Shown here piece by piece: positions 24,001 through 38,700 of a DNA stretch of 64,000 nt. Under the pieces are notes generated by a model. The model saw nothing but the letters and a program-made list of their open reading frames with translations, did no database searches and was not told the origin of the DNA. Made by a program: the position numbers and the translations under genes. Origin of the DNA: Monocercomonoides exilis PA203 (lineage: Eukaryota > Protista > Preaxostyla); NCBI GenBank assembly GCA_001643675.2, contig LSRY02000053.1, positions 124,001 to 188,000 on the forward strand, given 5' to 3'. Each line of letters opens with the position of its first letter. The stretch's first letter is position 1.

Positions 24001-27000
24001 CAACATGAAGCCAAAGAAAGGGATTGAGTTTGCAATCAAAAACAATCTGTGCTCAGCTGAAAACGACGAACCAATCAATGCGTCGACTCCGTCTTCTGTT
24101 GTCACTCCAAATGAAGCAGCTGTTCAGACAGCTGAAGGAAGCAATGGAGCAGACAATGCGAATGGCAACAGCAATGCTAATTATAATCCGCAATCAGCAG
24201 ACATACCTCTGACCACGCCATCTCCTTCCCCTTCTCCGCCAGCCAATCGGCCGCCGGCTGAAAATGAGATGTCACCTGCACTGATCAAGTCAGTTGCGCG
24301 CTTCTTGTTCCAAACATCTGGTTTGTCTCGCACGATGGTGGGGGAATACATCGGGCAGAACGACAAGTTCAACATCGCTGTTTTGCGGGAGTACGTTAGA
24401 AACTACAACTTCTCTGGGCTGCTTGTGGACGAAGCCATGCGCAAGTTCCTGAGCACGTTCCACCCGCCAGGAGAGTCGCAGCAGATCTACCGTGTGCTGG
24501 AGGCCTTTGCCGACGAGTACCACAGCCAAAACCCAGGCGAGTTTCCAGACGCAGACTCGGCGTTTCTCATCACCTACCAGTCGCTCATGCTGCACTCGCT
24601 GGTGCACACGAAGAACAAGCAGGTGAGCGAAGGGGGAGACGGCGGGAGCGGCGGGAGTTCGCTGCCGGAATACGGCGGGGTGACGAAGCAAGTGTTCATC
24701 AACCAGGGACAAGGGATGGGGAAGAGCGACGAGTGGCTGGGGCGCCTGTATGACAGGATTCTGAAGACAGAGATCAAAGTGATGGACGATGATGATGAGA
24801 GGAGGAGGATTGCAATTGAGGAGGAAGAGCGGAGGAAGCAGAAGGAAGGGAAAAAAGGGAAAAAAGAAGTGGAGAAGAAGAGAAGGGAAAGAGCAGAGGA
24901 AGGCAGGCAGATGCGGGCGAAGATGATGGCAGAGCGGACACGCGACATGAGAAGGAAAGAAGAAGAGCGAAGAAGAGACAGGAGCCAACTTGCAGACTAT
25001 CAGAACAGCGAAGACAGATATGATGATGAAGAGATGGAGTTTGATGAAGACGAACTGGATGGCACACGTTCTCCTTCGCGAACCACAACCCGTATGTCAG
25101 CACAACCGTCTTCCTCGTCCTCTTCCTCTTCTTCTTCCAGCTTCATCGGCTGTGTCTTCACAGCAGAACACGCCAGGCTGATGCTCGAGATGACTGTGTG
25201 GCCGACGCTTACGTGCTTCATCTCTGCCCTCGAGGCTATGAAGGACGACTCCAGCGCAGCCATTCTGCTGGATGCAGTGTGCTCCCTCCTCCGCGCCGTG
25301 TCAGTGATGGAGATGGAGCTGGAGCGCGACGGATTGTTCAATGCACTCACGAACTTCATCGGCATCACCTCTGCCGCGTCGGTTGACAAGCCTCTGCAGA
25401 TGAAACATGTGCTTGCCATCTGCTGCCTCGCAAAGATGACACTGCCGTTCCATCCACAGTCGGTGCAGCTGAACTACTCAGAAGGCGACATCTTTGTGTG
25501 GATGATGTCTTCACATGAAAAAAAGACAAAGAAAGAGAAGGAGAAAGAGAAAAAAGAGCCCAACTGGGCGAAGATCATCTTCAGCGAAGGGATGGGCTCA
25601 GCACTGGGGGGTATAGGCGACTTCCTTCGTGTGTCGAACTGGAAGCAGGTGATTCTGATTGCCACGCAAATGCGCCATCTCTCGTATGTTGTGCAAGGCG
25701 TGAGCGAGAAGGAGATCGAAAGTGCTGTCCAGACAATCAGAAGAGGGGGAAGCGACCCGATCGTGCTGAGTGTGGAGTCCCCGCCGGCTAATTTGTCGCT
25801 GCTGCCTTCTTCTTTGCAGTCATCTGGCGGAACATCAGTGCTGGCTAGTTCCTCTGCTGCAGCGCCTGCTGCTTCTGCAAATGCTTCAACAATGCCTTCT
25901 TCTTCTTCTTCTTCATTTTCTTCATCTTCGTCTTCATCGACACCTCCTCCAGCGTCTTCCTCATCTTCAACTTCAACAAATGCACCAACAATAATCTCAT
26001 CTGCAATCACAAGCAACGACAAGCCAGACGATGGCAAGATTGGCGACTTCACACTCACTTCAAACCCGTCTCAATCTGCCTCATCGTCTTCATCTCTTTA
26101 TTCCTCTGACTCTCTCCATCCATCTTCCATCTCCCAGCAAATGCTCCGTTCCAGACGCAGCCACTCATCCCCTCCTCTTCTGCTACTCCGCCAAACACGC
26201 CGTGTGCGTGCTGCCTTCACGCCTGGTCTTTCGCTCCTCACATCTCCTCTTCTCTGCCCTGTCTCCCTCCAAAGCCCGCTCATCCTGCGCCGCCCGACCT
26301 TCCGCTTCACCTCGTTCTGTCCTCCGTCTGCCATCGACCAGATGCCTAGTGCATTGGCACCTGCGGTGTCGTTCTCTGTGGAGAGCAGCAGCTCGCAGGG
26401 CACTTCGTATGTTCCGCTGCAGAGATCGAAGTATGCTGTCAGGAATGCCATTTACATCTTCCACGCACTGGGATTTTCGCTCGATGCGTTCGAATCTTTC
26501 TTCGCGACCTCGTCTGATCTGACGCCGCTTGCGCTGTTTCATCTTGTGAGTGCGCTTTGTGAACAAGCTGAGACCAATCTGAATGAGCATTCGTTTCTGT
26601 ACACCCTTTCCTCATCTCCTCCACCGTCTCAAGCAGCTTCTGCTGCTCTTTCTGTTTCGGCTTCTGTCCCTTCTTCTGCTTTCTCGCCTGTTTTGCTGGT
26701 TCCTCTGAAACTCACAACTGTTCCTTCCTTCATATCACCAATTTCCTCAAAGGCAACTTTATCAACGTCATCGTCTTCTTCCTCTACAGCTTCTATCTTT
26801 TCATCGCCCCAGTTCAACCCGCCAGCCACAAACCACCCGTCCTCTCCGCATTCGCTCAGCTCCACAGAAATGCGTCTGTATGCCTTCTTCAAACTGGCAC
26901 ACGTGTCCTATGCGAACTTCACCCGGCCGTTGTTTGTGTGGGAGGTGCTGTTTCCTCTGATCGCATGGCATGTGGAGAAAGTTGTGTTTGACGGAGGAAA

Positions 27001-30000
27001 TTCGAATCTTGCGGCGCTTTCTTTGGGAGTGCTGAAGATGGTTGTGTGTGCGCTGCTGCTGAGGAAGGACTTGGGAACTGGAAGAATGACCTCGCCTTTC
27101 AATGGAGACGAGGTTGTGACGCTGGAAGATGAGAAGAAGAATAATTCAGAAAGCTTTGGAAAAAGCGGAGCTAAATCGGAAGATGCAAAAGAAATGGATA
27201 ATTCAAACAACAAAAGCAGCTGCGATGACAAAACAGATAAACAGAAAGAAGATGATGAAAATGAGATCGATGGAGGAGCAGAAAAAGAAGAAGAGGCAGC
27301 TGAGCACAAAGATGTGCCAACTTCAAACGATTTGTTGAAAGAGCCATCTTCAGCTGAAGAAGAGAGCGATGTATACAATGGTATTCTTCCCAGTCCATCT
27401 GCTTCTGAGCCTTCACCTGCAGACAGCATTCTTCCACCAAATGACAAAGCGACTCCTCCCACGCCAGCTCTGATTGAGTGTCCGTCTCCTTCTTTGAATG
27501 CGTTTCCTCTTCCTTCTCTCCCACCACGCGTTCAACCGCCAAACAACACACATTATCTTCCTGTTGATTTTCAGGTTCTTCTTCTCCTGCCATTCTTGTC
27601 TTTCTCATGTGTTGGTGCATCTCAATTCAACACCACATCTTCCTCATCTTCCTCTGCACCCTCATCTTCCTCTTCATCTGCGTCAGCGTCTTCTGCGCTG
27701 ACTCGTTCAATCAACTCCTCCTTCTTGTCAACTCCTTCCACCTCTCTTTCTTCTGGCTCTTCATATTCGAGCGATGTGCACATGTTTCTGTTGTCCATTC
27801 TGGGCGACATTGTCATCACACAGCCACACACCCTCACTTCAGGCTGGTCCATCGTGTTCTCCATCCTCTCCTCTCTCCTCTGCGACCCTGCTGTGCACTA
27901 TCCGGCCTATCTCCTCCTCAAACAGCTTGTTGACGTGCCTCTTCTCCCTCCTTCAAAACCACACTCACGAAAGAATTCTGCAAATCTTGCTGTTTCTGAC
28001 TCAGGTGATGAAAAGTCTAATTACAAAGCAGAAGAACAACATGAAGCTGAACTTCCAGAAGTGTCTGGCCCTGCTGCTGATACTGCTTCTTCAACAAGCG
28101 TAAGTAAAGCAACAAGCGATATGCCATTCGGAATGGTTTCAGCCGCACTCACTTCGCCAATAATCTCCCAGAGCTCTCCACTTTCACCTTCCCCTGCAGT
28201 TTCTGAGTCGATGGTGAATCGAAGACTTTCAATGAATTCTGCTGGCACTCGCTCGTTGACTGCCTCTTTGGCTGCCAATTCCACTGCAGCTCATGCTGCT
28301 TTAGCTGCCACGTCTGCGCCATCAATAACTCCAGTTTCTCCTTCGCTTGCATCGTCAAGCTCTTTGTTCTCATTTGCTTCGACTGAACTGTTCATCACTA
28401 GCGAACCACCACCGCTTTCTCTGTCTCTTTATCTGCCTTACACTCTGAACGAGCTGCTGGCTGCTCTGACGGATTGTGCGCTTTGTGCGTCTGAAGAGAA
28501 AGTCAGCTTGGCTGCTGTGAAGGCGATTGAGCGGATAGCGCGGGTGTTCGGAGGGAAGACGGCGTTTGATGAAGAAGACCAGGAGAGGAGAAAGAAGGAG
28601 CTTGCGGAAAGAAGACGGAAGAGGGAGATTAGGCTGATGAGAAGAGAGGAAAAGGGATATGCAAACAGAAAGAATAATAGCCTTGCTTCAGAAGCAACGT
28701 TGGAAGAGCGAATTGATGTAACAGAAGGATATAGAAGCGGTGAAGAAGAACAGATAGGAAAAGAAGAGGAATTTGAGGAAGAGGAAGAGGAGGAAGAAGA
28801 TGATGATTGCATTTTGGAGGAAGAGGAAGAAAAGTCAAATGAGACAAACAGCAAAAAGCTGTTCACAACAGACGAAACAATCCTCATCACCAGCTTCGTC
28901 CATTCATTCACAAACACAAACTTCTTCTTCCTGTGGATGCCTGCTTTGACTTCGCTCTCGTTCCTCTGCTGCCAGCCACGCCGCGATCTTCACAGCGCAG
29001 CACACACGTCTATCACGATGCTTATGCACAGCTATGGAAAGTACTTCTCATCTGCTCAGTGGGCACTCATCTGGCGGAGCATTTTGTATCCGATCCTTCA
29101 CACTGTGCGAATTGGCATCACAAAACAGCTTATTCCAGTCACAACACTTTCAGACGATGAATTCGACTCTGAAGATGATGAGAATGATTCAGATGAAGCA
29201 GAAAAAGAGAAAGAAAAGAGAAAGGAAAATGAAGAACAGGTAAATGAAGATCAGAAATCTTCAAAGAAACAAGAACCAGAAGCTGCTGACAGAACAGAAA
29301 CCGAAGTTAAGCTTTTAGAGGGAGAACAACAAGGATCGACGCTTTCTGAAGTAAAAAACACACTGTCTGAAGCAGAGAAAGAAGAATACGAAAGAAGAGG
29401 TGATTTTCACTGCTTTATGAAGGATTCGTTGCAGTTAACAACTGTGCTATCCAAACAGAAGCAGCAAAATGTCGAGCAGAGTAGACTGCGAATGAGCTGG
29501 TTGTGTGGAAGAGAGATGATGGAGCTTGTGGATGGAGATATCAATGTGAATGACGAGCAAGCCAACTCGCATCAACAGCAGCCACAGCAAGTTCAGCAAC
29601 AAATGTCATCTTCGTTTTCTTCAAATCCTCCGAGCCTTTACTCATCTGTCATTCGGCAGCAGCCTTCTCAACCGATTCGGAAGCTTCAAAAGCAAACTCC
29701 ACCGAAGTGGTGGAAAGAAGAATGCATATCTGTGTATCAGAACGCTATCAATTTCTTCTTCACATTCTTTGACAAGCTTTGCAACGGAGGTGAGTGGAGA
29801 TGGAGGTCGTATAACTTCGAGAATGAAGAAGCAGATGTTCTTAAAGTTGCTGAAAAGAGAAGAGAGAGTATGATTCCTACACAGTTGGGCAGTTCACGTG
29901 TTTTCAATCGCCAGTCAATCCAACAAACTTCAGTAGATGACGTTAGGTGCGATGGGGTGGAAGATGTGTTTGATGCTGAGAGATTTGATGCTGAGCTAAC

Positions 30001-32575
30001 GCGTCTGCCGCGTAGCCGCGAGGCTTCTCGAATGGTGACTGTACAGCACATCAAGTGCGAAGATTCAGAAATAGACCTGTTTCCTTCACATGAAGAAGAA
30101 GTGGAAATGTGGAGAATAGTTCAGTTAACTGGAGAGGGAGAAACACAAAGCCATCTTCCTCCTCCTTCTCCTTTCAGAACAGCGAGATTCGGAAACTCAC
30201 AAAATGCAGTGGAAGGTGTTGTGACTTCGCCAACTTTCACTCTGTACGTGTTTGACCAACTTCTTGACCTCCTTGTAGATATTATATTGAATCCAACAGA
30301 CAAAACAGGTGATAGCGGAATATCTCTTCTATTCAAACTTCTGAATCATCCTTTGACTCCAACTTATTTCAATCGGCAGATGTGGATCAGAGTAGCTCGC
30401 GTTTGCGAATTCCTGTTTGAAAAAGTGCTTCCTTATGATCTGACACTTGGAAGAGTGACGGACAGAACAATATCAAAATACAGCAAGAAGTTTGCAAGTA
30501 GCATTGAAGTTTCCTCTTCACCGCTTGATCCTCGCACTTTTCTGTTATCGCTAAAGTGGAAGTGCAAGCTGCTTGATGAACTGATATCCAACGTATGTAA
30601 CTTGTTTAATCCGCAGATATTTCCTGTATCAGCCATTCCAGAGGATGTCGGATTTACACTTCTTTTGCAGCTTTCTCGCACAGCGCTGTTTTGCAATGCT
30701 TTTGATGGTGATTATCGTCTTCGGAGCATTTTGGAGCAACGGCTTGTTGGAGTGAAGAGACCGTCTATCTTCAATCTTGCTCAGAAGGCGACTGTTCGAC
30801 TGATGGAATGCTGTGAGACGCTCAGCCTTTCATCGTCGCAAAAGCAATGCCCATTCACCAATCAGAAAGAAAGCACAGAACAAGTTTCAAAAGAAAAGAC
30901 AAGTGGAATTGATACTGACGGAGTTTCAGGAGAAAGCAAAGTTGAGAACGATGAAAACAACAAAACAAAAAGTGACTCAATCGTTCATGTTTTCAATCCT
31001 AAAGCAGGCGATGAACTTGTCTCCACACCACAACAATCGCAACGAGCACAGCGCCTTCTTTTATTACACGCATTCTACATTCTCGCAGATGTTGCTGTTC
31101 TTCTTTCCCTGTTTTCTCGAATTGACCCAAGTGCTCAGCCTTGTCTTCCTCCAAGCGCCCCACCGCCTCATGCTGCTGAAAATTGCGATCCTCGTCTTCC
31201 GTATGTTGGAGGCGGAATGAGCGGAGCAAGCGTTGTGACGTCTTATGCAGCGCTTATTGTTGCGTTGGAGGATAATGACATTTCAATACAGAACGTGATG
31301 GCTTCGTTTGGACACTGCTCTTTCATGGAAGGTTCAGAGGAGTGTGAAAGAAGCGAACAGTCTGTGAATCATATTTGCTATCAATCTAAATTAACGTCAT
31401 CCGAACATTCTTCAAATAAGCATAATTATAACACAATTAAACCAATTTTCACTCCGACAGTTTGCTCTGCATTCAATCCGAAAACAGCAATTGACACCAT
31501 CTTCGAGTCAGACGAAAAAACTTTCTATAACATTTATCCTTTGGCTGAAGCAAAAACGAAGCCATCTTCGTTTCAGGAAGTTCCACAGTTGATTGGGACT
31601 TTGGAACTTGCAAAAGGTTTAGTTGACGCAGCTCGTGTGGCGCGTGTTGGAGAATTGCAGCTTTATGAAGGAATTGTCTTGAAAACATTGACGTTTCTCA
31701 GACAGGTGCCAGGACATAATCTTGCCAGATATTCTCAGTTTTTAATTCCTCTTCTTCTTCTTCATTCTTCCTCACCTTTTGCGACTTGCAGATACTCTGC
31801 GCTGTCATTTTTGCAACAAATTCTCCCGTTCTGCCTTTCGGGTTTATCAATGCCTATGCATCCTCTTCTTTCCGTCAATGATCCAATAAGCACAATGGAA
31901 GGAAAAAGAAAAAAGAAAGAAAAAAATACAAGAGGAAAAGCAATAGCTATAGGAATAATTAAAGAAGATAAAAGAAGTTCAATTGGACGTGTTAATTTCA
32001 CAGGAAACGAAGCTGAAGCTGAAAAAGAAGAATGTTTAGCACAGGGAGCAAATGTGAAGGATGATATGAATGATGATGAAGACGGATTGGCAGAAGAAAA
32101 TGAAAATGAAGAGGATTTTGGGATTTTATCGTCAAGCACTAATCAAGCAGAATCTTCGTTGAATGAAACGCGTCTTAGCTCAACGCATGTTGTATCTTCT
32201 TCTCTAAACATTTCGACTTCACATGTTTCATCCATGATTCCAGTTGTAATTCGATCAGGCCCTGCCTCACATATTCATGGCGATGGCGCTCATGGTTCGT
32301 ATTTGCAAAGAGATGGCTCTTCATTAACACCGTCTTCTCCACGTTCAGAGTCAAAAGTTGCAGATGGAGTGGAAGTAATTCCAAATCATAAGAAACCACC
32401 TCCACCTCCACCTCCATCACAACACATGAAAACAAAGATTTCGAAGACTTCAACTATGTTCACAGTCTCTGACTCTTCAGTTGGTCCTTCAATTCCTGAT
32501 CAAAATGTGATTTCTTCTTCAAATGTTATGAGTCCTTTGACTACAAATGATAATATTGCATCAACAAGTCAGTGA
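21092..32575 (+). CDS. Large Sec7-domain Arf guanine-nucleotide exchange factor (BIG/Sec7-type), ~3,749 aa
   Basis: Proposed exons 21092-21191, 21250-21280, 21349-21433, 21486-21629 and 21686-32575 keep the frame and give a DCB-like N-terminus (DYFLPIEHSFETENAEIIGASLNCVQKWIRYG). HUS-box-like FHECDCDL. Sec7 domain with LFNMKPKKGIEF, VGEYIG, MRKFLSTFHPPGESQQIYR (glutamate finger). HDS-like SGWSIVF and LWMPAL..L..YGKYFS...W segments. Confidence 0.92.
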
Positions 32576-32779
32576 AATTTACATATTTTATAGTGAAGAT
32601 TTAAACTTTTAGATTCTTTTTGATTTATTATTTGTCTGATTTGTTTTTCTCACTTTTCTGTTTTCTTGGTTTGTATCTTTGAAATATTAAAAATTTCACA
32701 ATTTAAATAAAAATTTGTGAATAAATTTTGAGAACATTTATTTATGATATTTGCACATTTTTCAATTTTTAATAAAGAA

Positions 32780-35700
32780 TTTTGATTTGCATTAAATGCC
32801 CTTTGGTTTTTCAAGATAAAGTTACGCGGGAGATATGCGTCCAGCGTTGTAATACTTTTTTTCTTGACTCAAATTCTATTTTTTAATTCCAATCAAAAGA
32901 AGCATCTCATTATTATTTTGGCAAGCAAGCTACCCAACATTTAATTTGTATTTAATTCACTCATAACGTGGATTGACAGAACAACACCACAACCCACAAA
33001 TCCACTCAAGGCAACTGCAACCCTGGAAATAAAATCATTCATGCAATGAAAATGCAACAATATAAACATATAAATAATTGAATCCTGAATAATAGCAAAG
33101 ATATAAAAAACGCAAAAACAAAAAGAGAATAGTTTATTTTGGCGAAAGCTATTTACGAAATAATAGTGTCAAAATCAAAAAATTACATTTCCAATTCACG
33201 CGAGAACATTCACCGCACAATATTTTCCTTCAGAACTCGATCTCGCTATTTTCCTCACGAGAGTTCCATTTTGAAGCCTTTCAATTTTATTTATCGGCTT
33301 AGCTTTTTATTTGCAATTGGCTTTCAGTTTCTTTTTGCAGCATTGCCCTTTCTTCAATGTTTGAACGGAATTTGAGCTCAAACGAAGCAATTACTCCCTG
33401 GCTTCATTTTGCTTTGATGAAATTTTGCTTTCACAGTTATCCAATGTCTGGCTCGTCCTTTTTTCTCTTTCGCATCCACTTTTTCCTATCCTACTATTTT
33501 CGTCCATTCCGAAGATTGCGTCAGAAATAGTAAATAGCAATGCCTCTTTTGGCAGGCATTGAGCAAACACTCTTTTCAAATTTACAAGTGCCGGGCGCTC
33601 ACTTCCGTCTTTTGTAAGGCAGCCCTTTATAACATCACAAAAAAGCGTTCCTTCAATCGCCTTCGTGTCGGGTTTTTCTCCATTGACTATTTTCTGTCCT
33701 GCTGTCTCAGCCTCGTATTCTCCAAACGGGATCTGAAGCGTCAGGCACTCCCACAGCATCATCCCGATCGAGAACACCACAGACTCCTTTGTTGCATCCA
33801 TCTTCTTGTTTATCAGCAGTTCTGGTGCCTTCCACCTCAAGCACTCCTTCCTGTTGTCTTCATCATCCTCAAACGCTGATGACGGCAGAGAATCTCTGTC
33901 GTCGTCGTCATCATCATCAGCACTTGCAGATGTCACAACCGTTGATGAAGAGACGGATGAAGTGTCAGAGTCTGAGGAACAATCAGAGTGCAATGCAATG
34001 CAGATGACCATGTGCTCCGAAAACAGCACAATGTGCGGACTCAGATTGATAAGTGATTGGAGTGGGTTTTCCATTTCGTCAAACGAGTGGAGTGCCAAAT
34101 TGACCACCCAGAACAGGATCTGAGCAGCCGAGACTTCCCTCTCCTGAAGAGTGCCAATCGCCATCTCTTTCTTCGCATTCCTTCCATGCAGCAACATGAA
34201 CAGCGAATCTCTCAAGTCCACAATCAGCTTCTCATGAGGAGACGAACAGGCCATGGCATCCACCAGATTCGACATCGATGAGGTTGTTGGACACAAATCT
34301 TCTCCGCATATAAAAGAAGAATCTGTATCTGTCGTTGAAGTCGACGAGATGGATGAGATGGATGGTGAAGGAGTTCTCTTTCTTATCTCTTCTTCCTTCT
34401 CATCAACCTTCTCCAGCATCCATTGAGGAATCTTGTCCGAGTCTCTCCCCAAAATGTATTCAGTCGATCCACTTTCACTCAGCAAATGCTCAGATGACTC
34501 TGAGTGCCCCAAGCTTTTCTCATACACCCTCTTCTTTATTCTCTCCTCGTTCTTCTTCTCTGCCTCCCTCTCTGCTCTCCTCCATTGCTCTTCAGGCGAC
34601 ATCTCCATCGTCACCATCTCAAACGCCTTCGGATCCTTCTTCACTGTGTCTTCCACAATTATCTCCAATTCTTCTGTTCTTCTTTTTTGCTTTTTCCATC
34701 GGACAACGAATATGACAAGGGCGATGAGAATAATTAAAAGAACAACAGCCATGATAATTACAATCAACACCCATGAAGATTTTCCTTCTTTTCCTCCTTC
34801 AACAAGTATTTCATTTCTGTTTGTCTGTGTTTCTGATTTGTTCTTTAATGAGAGCGGCATTGTTGAGGATGAAAATTTTCCGAACACAATTGTTGTGGAG
34901 AGTTCTGACATATCAACTGCTGATGCTAACCTTGATGATGGAATTGTTCCAACAACTTCAGTTTCAGAAACAAAGCTGTTTTCATCAAATAGATACCGCT
35001 CGGCCAACTCCACATCGTTGACTGTACATATCAATTTGAAAGATAGATCGCACGGTAGGAAAAGTGACCCTACGAATTTGATCTTGGCCTCACTCTCAGA
35101 TTCATCCAGAGTTGCTGATTCCAATTGAGGAATAAAAAACGAAGAGAGTCGTTCCTGTGCAATGCCCTCCATGCTACAATCTTCGCTCGTGATCCACAAC
35201 GAAGTATTATCTTTCAAGCCATCTCCACCTTTCAAGCTGATAATTGTTATTGAAGCAGAATTGAAGCAGAAGATATTCCGGCGGAGTGATGGATACTTCG
35301 ATATCAAGGGGCTGTTTTCATAAAATTCACCTTTCTCGATCGTCATGTTGCTTGCTTCCAACGACAATCCGCCAGATGAAGAATTCGATATTGTCACGTC
35401 CTTCATCAGCGCTGCTGCATGCGACAAATGGATGAGAGATCCATTCCATTTACAAACATTCTCTTTGCTATTAGTCATTTCCTGCCTCCCTACAAACTCG
35501 CACATGTGCATTGAAATGTCAGGCGCACTGCTGACATCCACGATGCTCCCTTTTTTCGATAATGACACACACTTCGAGCATGAGCAGTTTGACAGGTTTA
35601 TTCTGGCAGAAGGCGAAGATGACGAAAGAGCAGATGCACCAAAAGAGTCACAACTGAAATTTTTGATGGAAGAACTACCAAAAGATACAGCTCCCGACAT

Positions 35701-38700
35701 ATCATCACAAATGGCAATGACACTGCCCTCACAAGACTTCACTTCATCCACAACCACATCATCAATCACCACGCTCTTGCACTCTCCAACTTCAAATAGA
35801 TTGGATAACAGCTCAATCTGCTTTAGATTCAAACTTGCCAGAGACACGTTGTTGCTGCGAATCAGTAGGAACACTGGTTGCTCAAATGAAATCTCTAACA
35901 CGGTGCAATTATCGATGAACAGAAGCCCACTTACAACTCTGAGCAGCGACAAGTTGAGGGCTACGTGGTGGGTGCTATTTGAAAGCATGTCAGATGCAAA
36001 AAGGATAGACGAGAGATAAAGCTGTCCGTTTGTCTCGCTGATGCATGCTTCTCCTGAAAATGAAAAGGAAGAGCCAACAGAGAATGACAAGCTCTCGATG
36101 CGGACTTTCTCCGAAGTAGTGATAAGACTGTCTCCATCTGGAATTTCTGAGTTTAAGAATACCAGTGCTGTGGACGGAGATTCAAGCGAGCGGATAGTTA
36201 CATTCAGTGCATTGCATTTACTCAAGATGGCAGTGCGGTCGGAGATCAGCAGCTGCGAATACAACGACGGAATGATGTGTAGCAGCCCTTCGCTCAATGT
36301 GCTGCATGGTCCATCCAGCCCTCCACACTGCTTGCTGTCCTCGTGATTGTCACTGGCCGAAGACACAAACACCGTCTCGCTCTGGTACTTCACAACTCTC
36401 TTCAGCAGATCTTCTTCGTCCAGATACATGTCCGAGGTGCATCCCCATATTGCGAGGTCTTTCACAAATGGGGCTCTGAAGTCCAGCAAAAACTGCCCAT
36501 CTGCGATCTGTGCTTCAATCGAGCGGCACTTCACATACACGTCTCTTCCACGATATGCAGCATTGTCTTTGAACGTGATGTTCGACAACACAAATGCTGC
36601 TGGCTTGGAAGCCGCAGATGTGCATTCCAAAAACAAGCTCCCACCCCTTCCAGTTGATGAGCAGAAGCAGTCGGTGATTGCAGAATATAAGCAATCAAAA
36701 CTTCCACCTTCATTCAATCTGAACAAAACAGTCCCTCCATTTTCGCATCCAGATCCTCCACATTTTTTGATTGTTGAATTGCGGATAACCATTTTCGTTG
36801 GATCACCATCTGTATTTCGGATCATCGCAATACTGTCAGTTGCACTCTGGACCACTTCTTCAAATGTGCTCCACTCAACAACAACCCTTTCATCGGCTTC
36901 GGCATTCGTGTTCTTGTCTTCAGCGAAAGACCTATCAATATGCAATCCGCTTCTGCCTTCCAGATTTATATTTTTCATTGTCAAGTTTCTGAATGTCAAA
37001 GATGCTGCAGATGCGATTGATATAATGTCAGAGGAAAATGAAAGCGAACGTATTGTCACAAACTCCAACAAAACCGTTCCTCCATCTGCCTTGATCAGCC
37101 CAAACCTGATTATGTCTTCTCCATCTTCCTTTTTGCGAATGAACAGTTTTTCAAAGTTAACGATCCTTCTCTAGAGCAAATATGCATCAACACATTTTCA
37201 TTACCAGTGAATGAAGATGGCAGAATGAAGCTTATTAATTCGAAATAGGAAATACCTGGAATTTTCATTGCTGCGTCCTCCGCTCCCTTAAGTGAAGAAC
37301 AACACTCCAGAGAGCACATATCTGTATTATTTGAGCTTATTGAAATTCCACAAAGATCGACGCAACCCCGAAGAACTGCTCTATTAAAAATGCTTATGCT
37401 TTTATTATTTCCTTCAGGCAATCGATCCAAAGAATAATCAATTGACATACAAGGATAATCAGAAAGTCCACAAACACACACATCCTTTCCATCGCCTCCA
37501 ATAAATATCTTTGATCCAAATGTTCGCCAGAAATAAACCAGTGGAATGGCATTTGTTGCATCGATTCCATCAAAGCCGCTCAATGAATCCAACGAAATAC
37601 CTGCCAGGCGTTCGAGCACAAACGGAAGGGATGTATTTGTGATGCTCTTTGTCAAGTTGGATGATTCAACAAACAGGTCATTTCCGTATTTCGCAACATT
37701 TGGTTTGCTGTTATCAAAAACAGGGGATGTTATTGTAAATGATGGATCGCCATCAACCAACGTTAGCGTTATTCCCCCGCCAAGCCCAATCTTGCCTTCT
37801 TCGGCAGGAGCAGTACATCTTGTGAAAGTGCATGAAATCATATTCAATTGAGTATTCCTTTTCAACTGCGTGAAAATAGCACCTCCTCTGCTTCCATCAG
37901 CCAGCACAGAGCATCCATCAAAAACATTCTCTTCAATATTTATTTGTGTATTTGTATTTTCTATGTTCCTGTTGTCAACACTTATACAGCCTCCACTTTC
38001 AGTTCTTCGAACAAAAGATGCTGCTTCACATTTCGTCAAATTCAAACACAGCACATTTATGCTTTCAACCAAGCATCCACTTTGCTGCCCATTTCCTGAA
38101 AAGTTGCTTTCCACAATTTCGATCGAAGGCCCTTCTCCACCACTTCCATCAACAATAATCGCACTCACCTGCCATCCGATTGCATTGCCAAACACATTGC
38201 TCATCACAATCTCGCCTCCTTCCGCTTTCACAAAGGAAATACGCAATTCATTTTCCGATGCAACAATTCCACAGTTTTGAATTGTCAATGTGCTGGAAAC
38301 ACAATGGAAAATACTTCCATAAGATCCAATTCTTTCTGAGAGTGAAAGCACCACTTCAATGAATGATACTGGACAGTGTGTCTCGAATATTCCACTTTGA
38401 GCACCAGAAATATCACTAGCTATCCCATAATTCGATTCATTTCCTTCTCCGCTCACACTCCATTCCTCTATCTTCATGTTCAATTCTTCTCCAAAAGAGA
38501 ACGGCGAGCTCAGCTTGATTGACTTGCTTTTGCCTGAAAACCTCAAACTGGCTGCTTTTGTGATCGTGCTGCACGGAACTTGAACATATCCACAACCACT
38601 GAAATCATGAGCCTCTTGTCCACCCACGTGACATGGTGCTGTGAAGTTATTCCACAGATACACAACGAGCGGTATTTCGAATTCTTCATTTGTTGTTGAG

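Noticed and set aside
21811-32453. Many antisense and alternate-frame ORFs over the Sec7 gene, and likewise over the receptor and DIRS genes
   Set aside because: Shadow ORFs of GC-richer, low-complexity coding sequence with no independent motifs.
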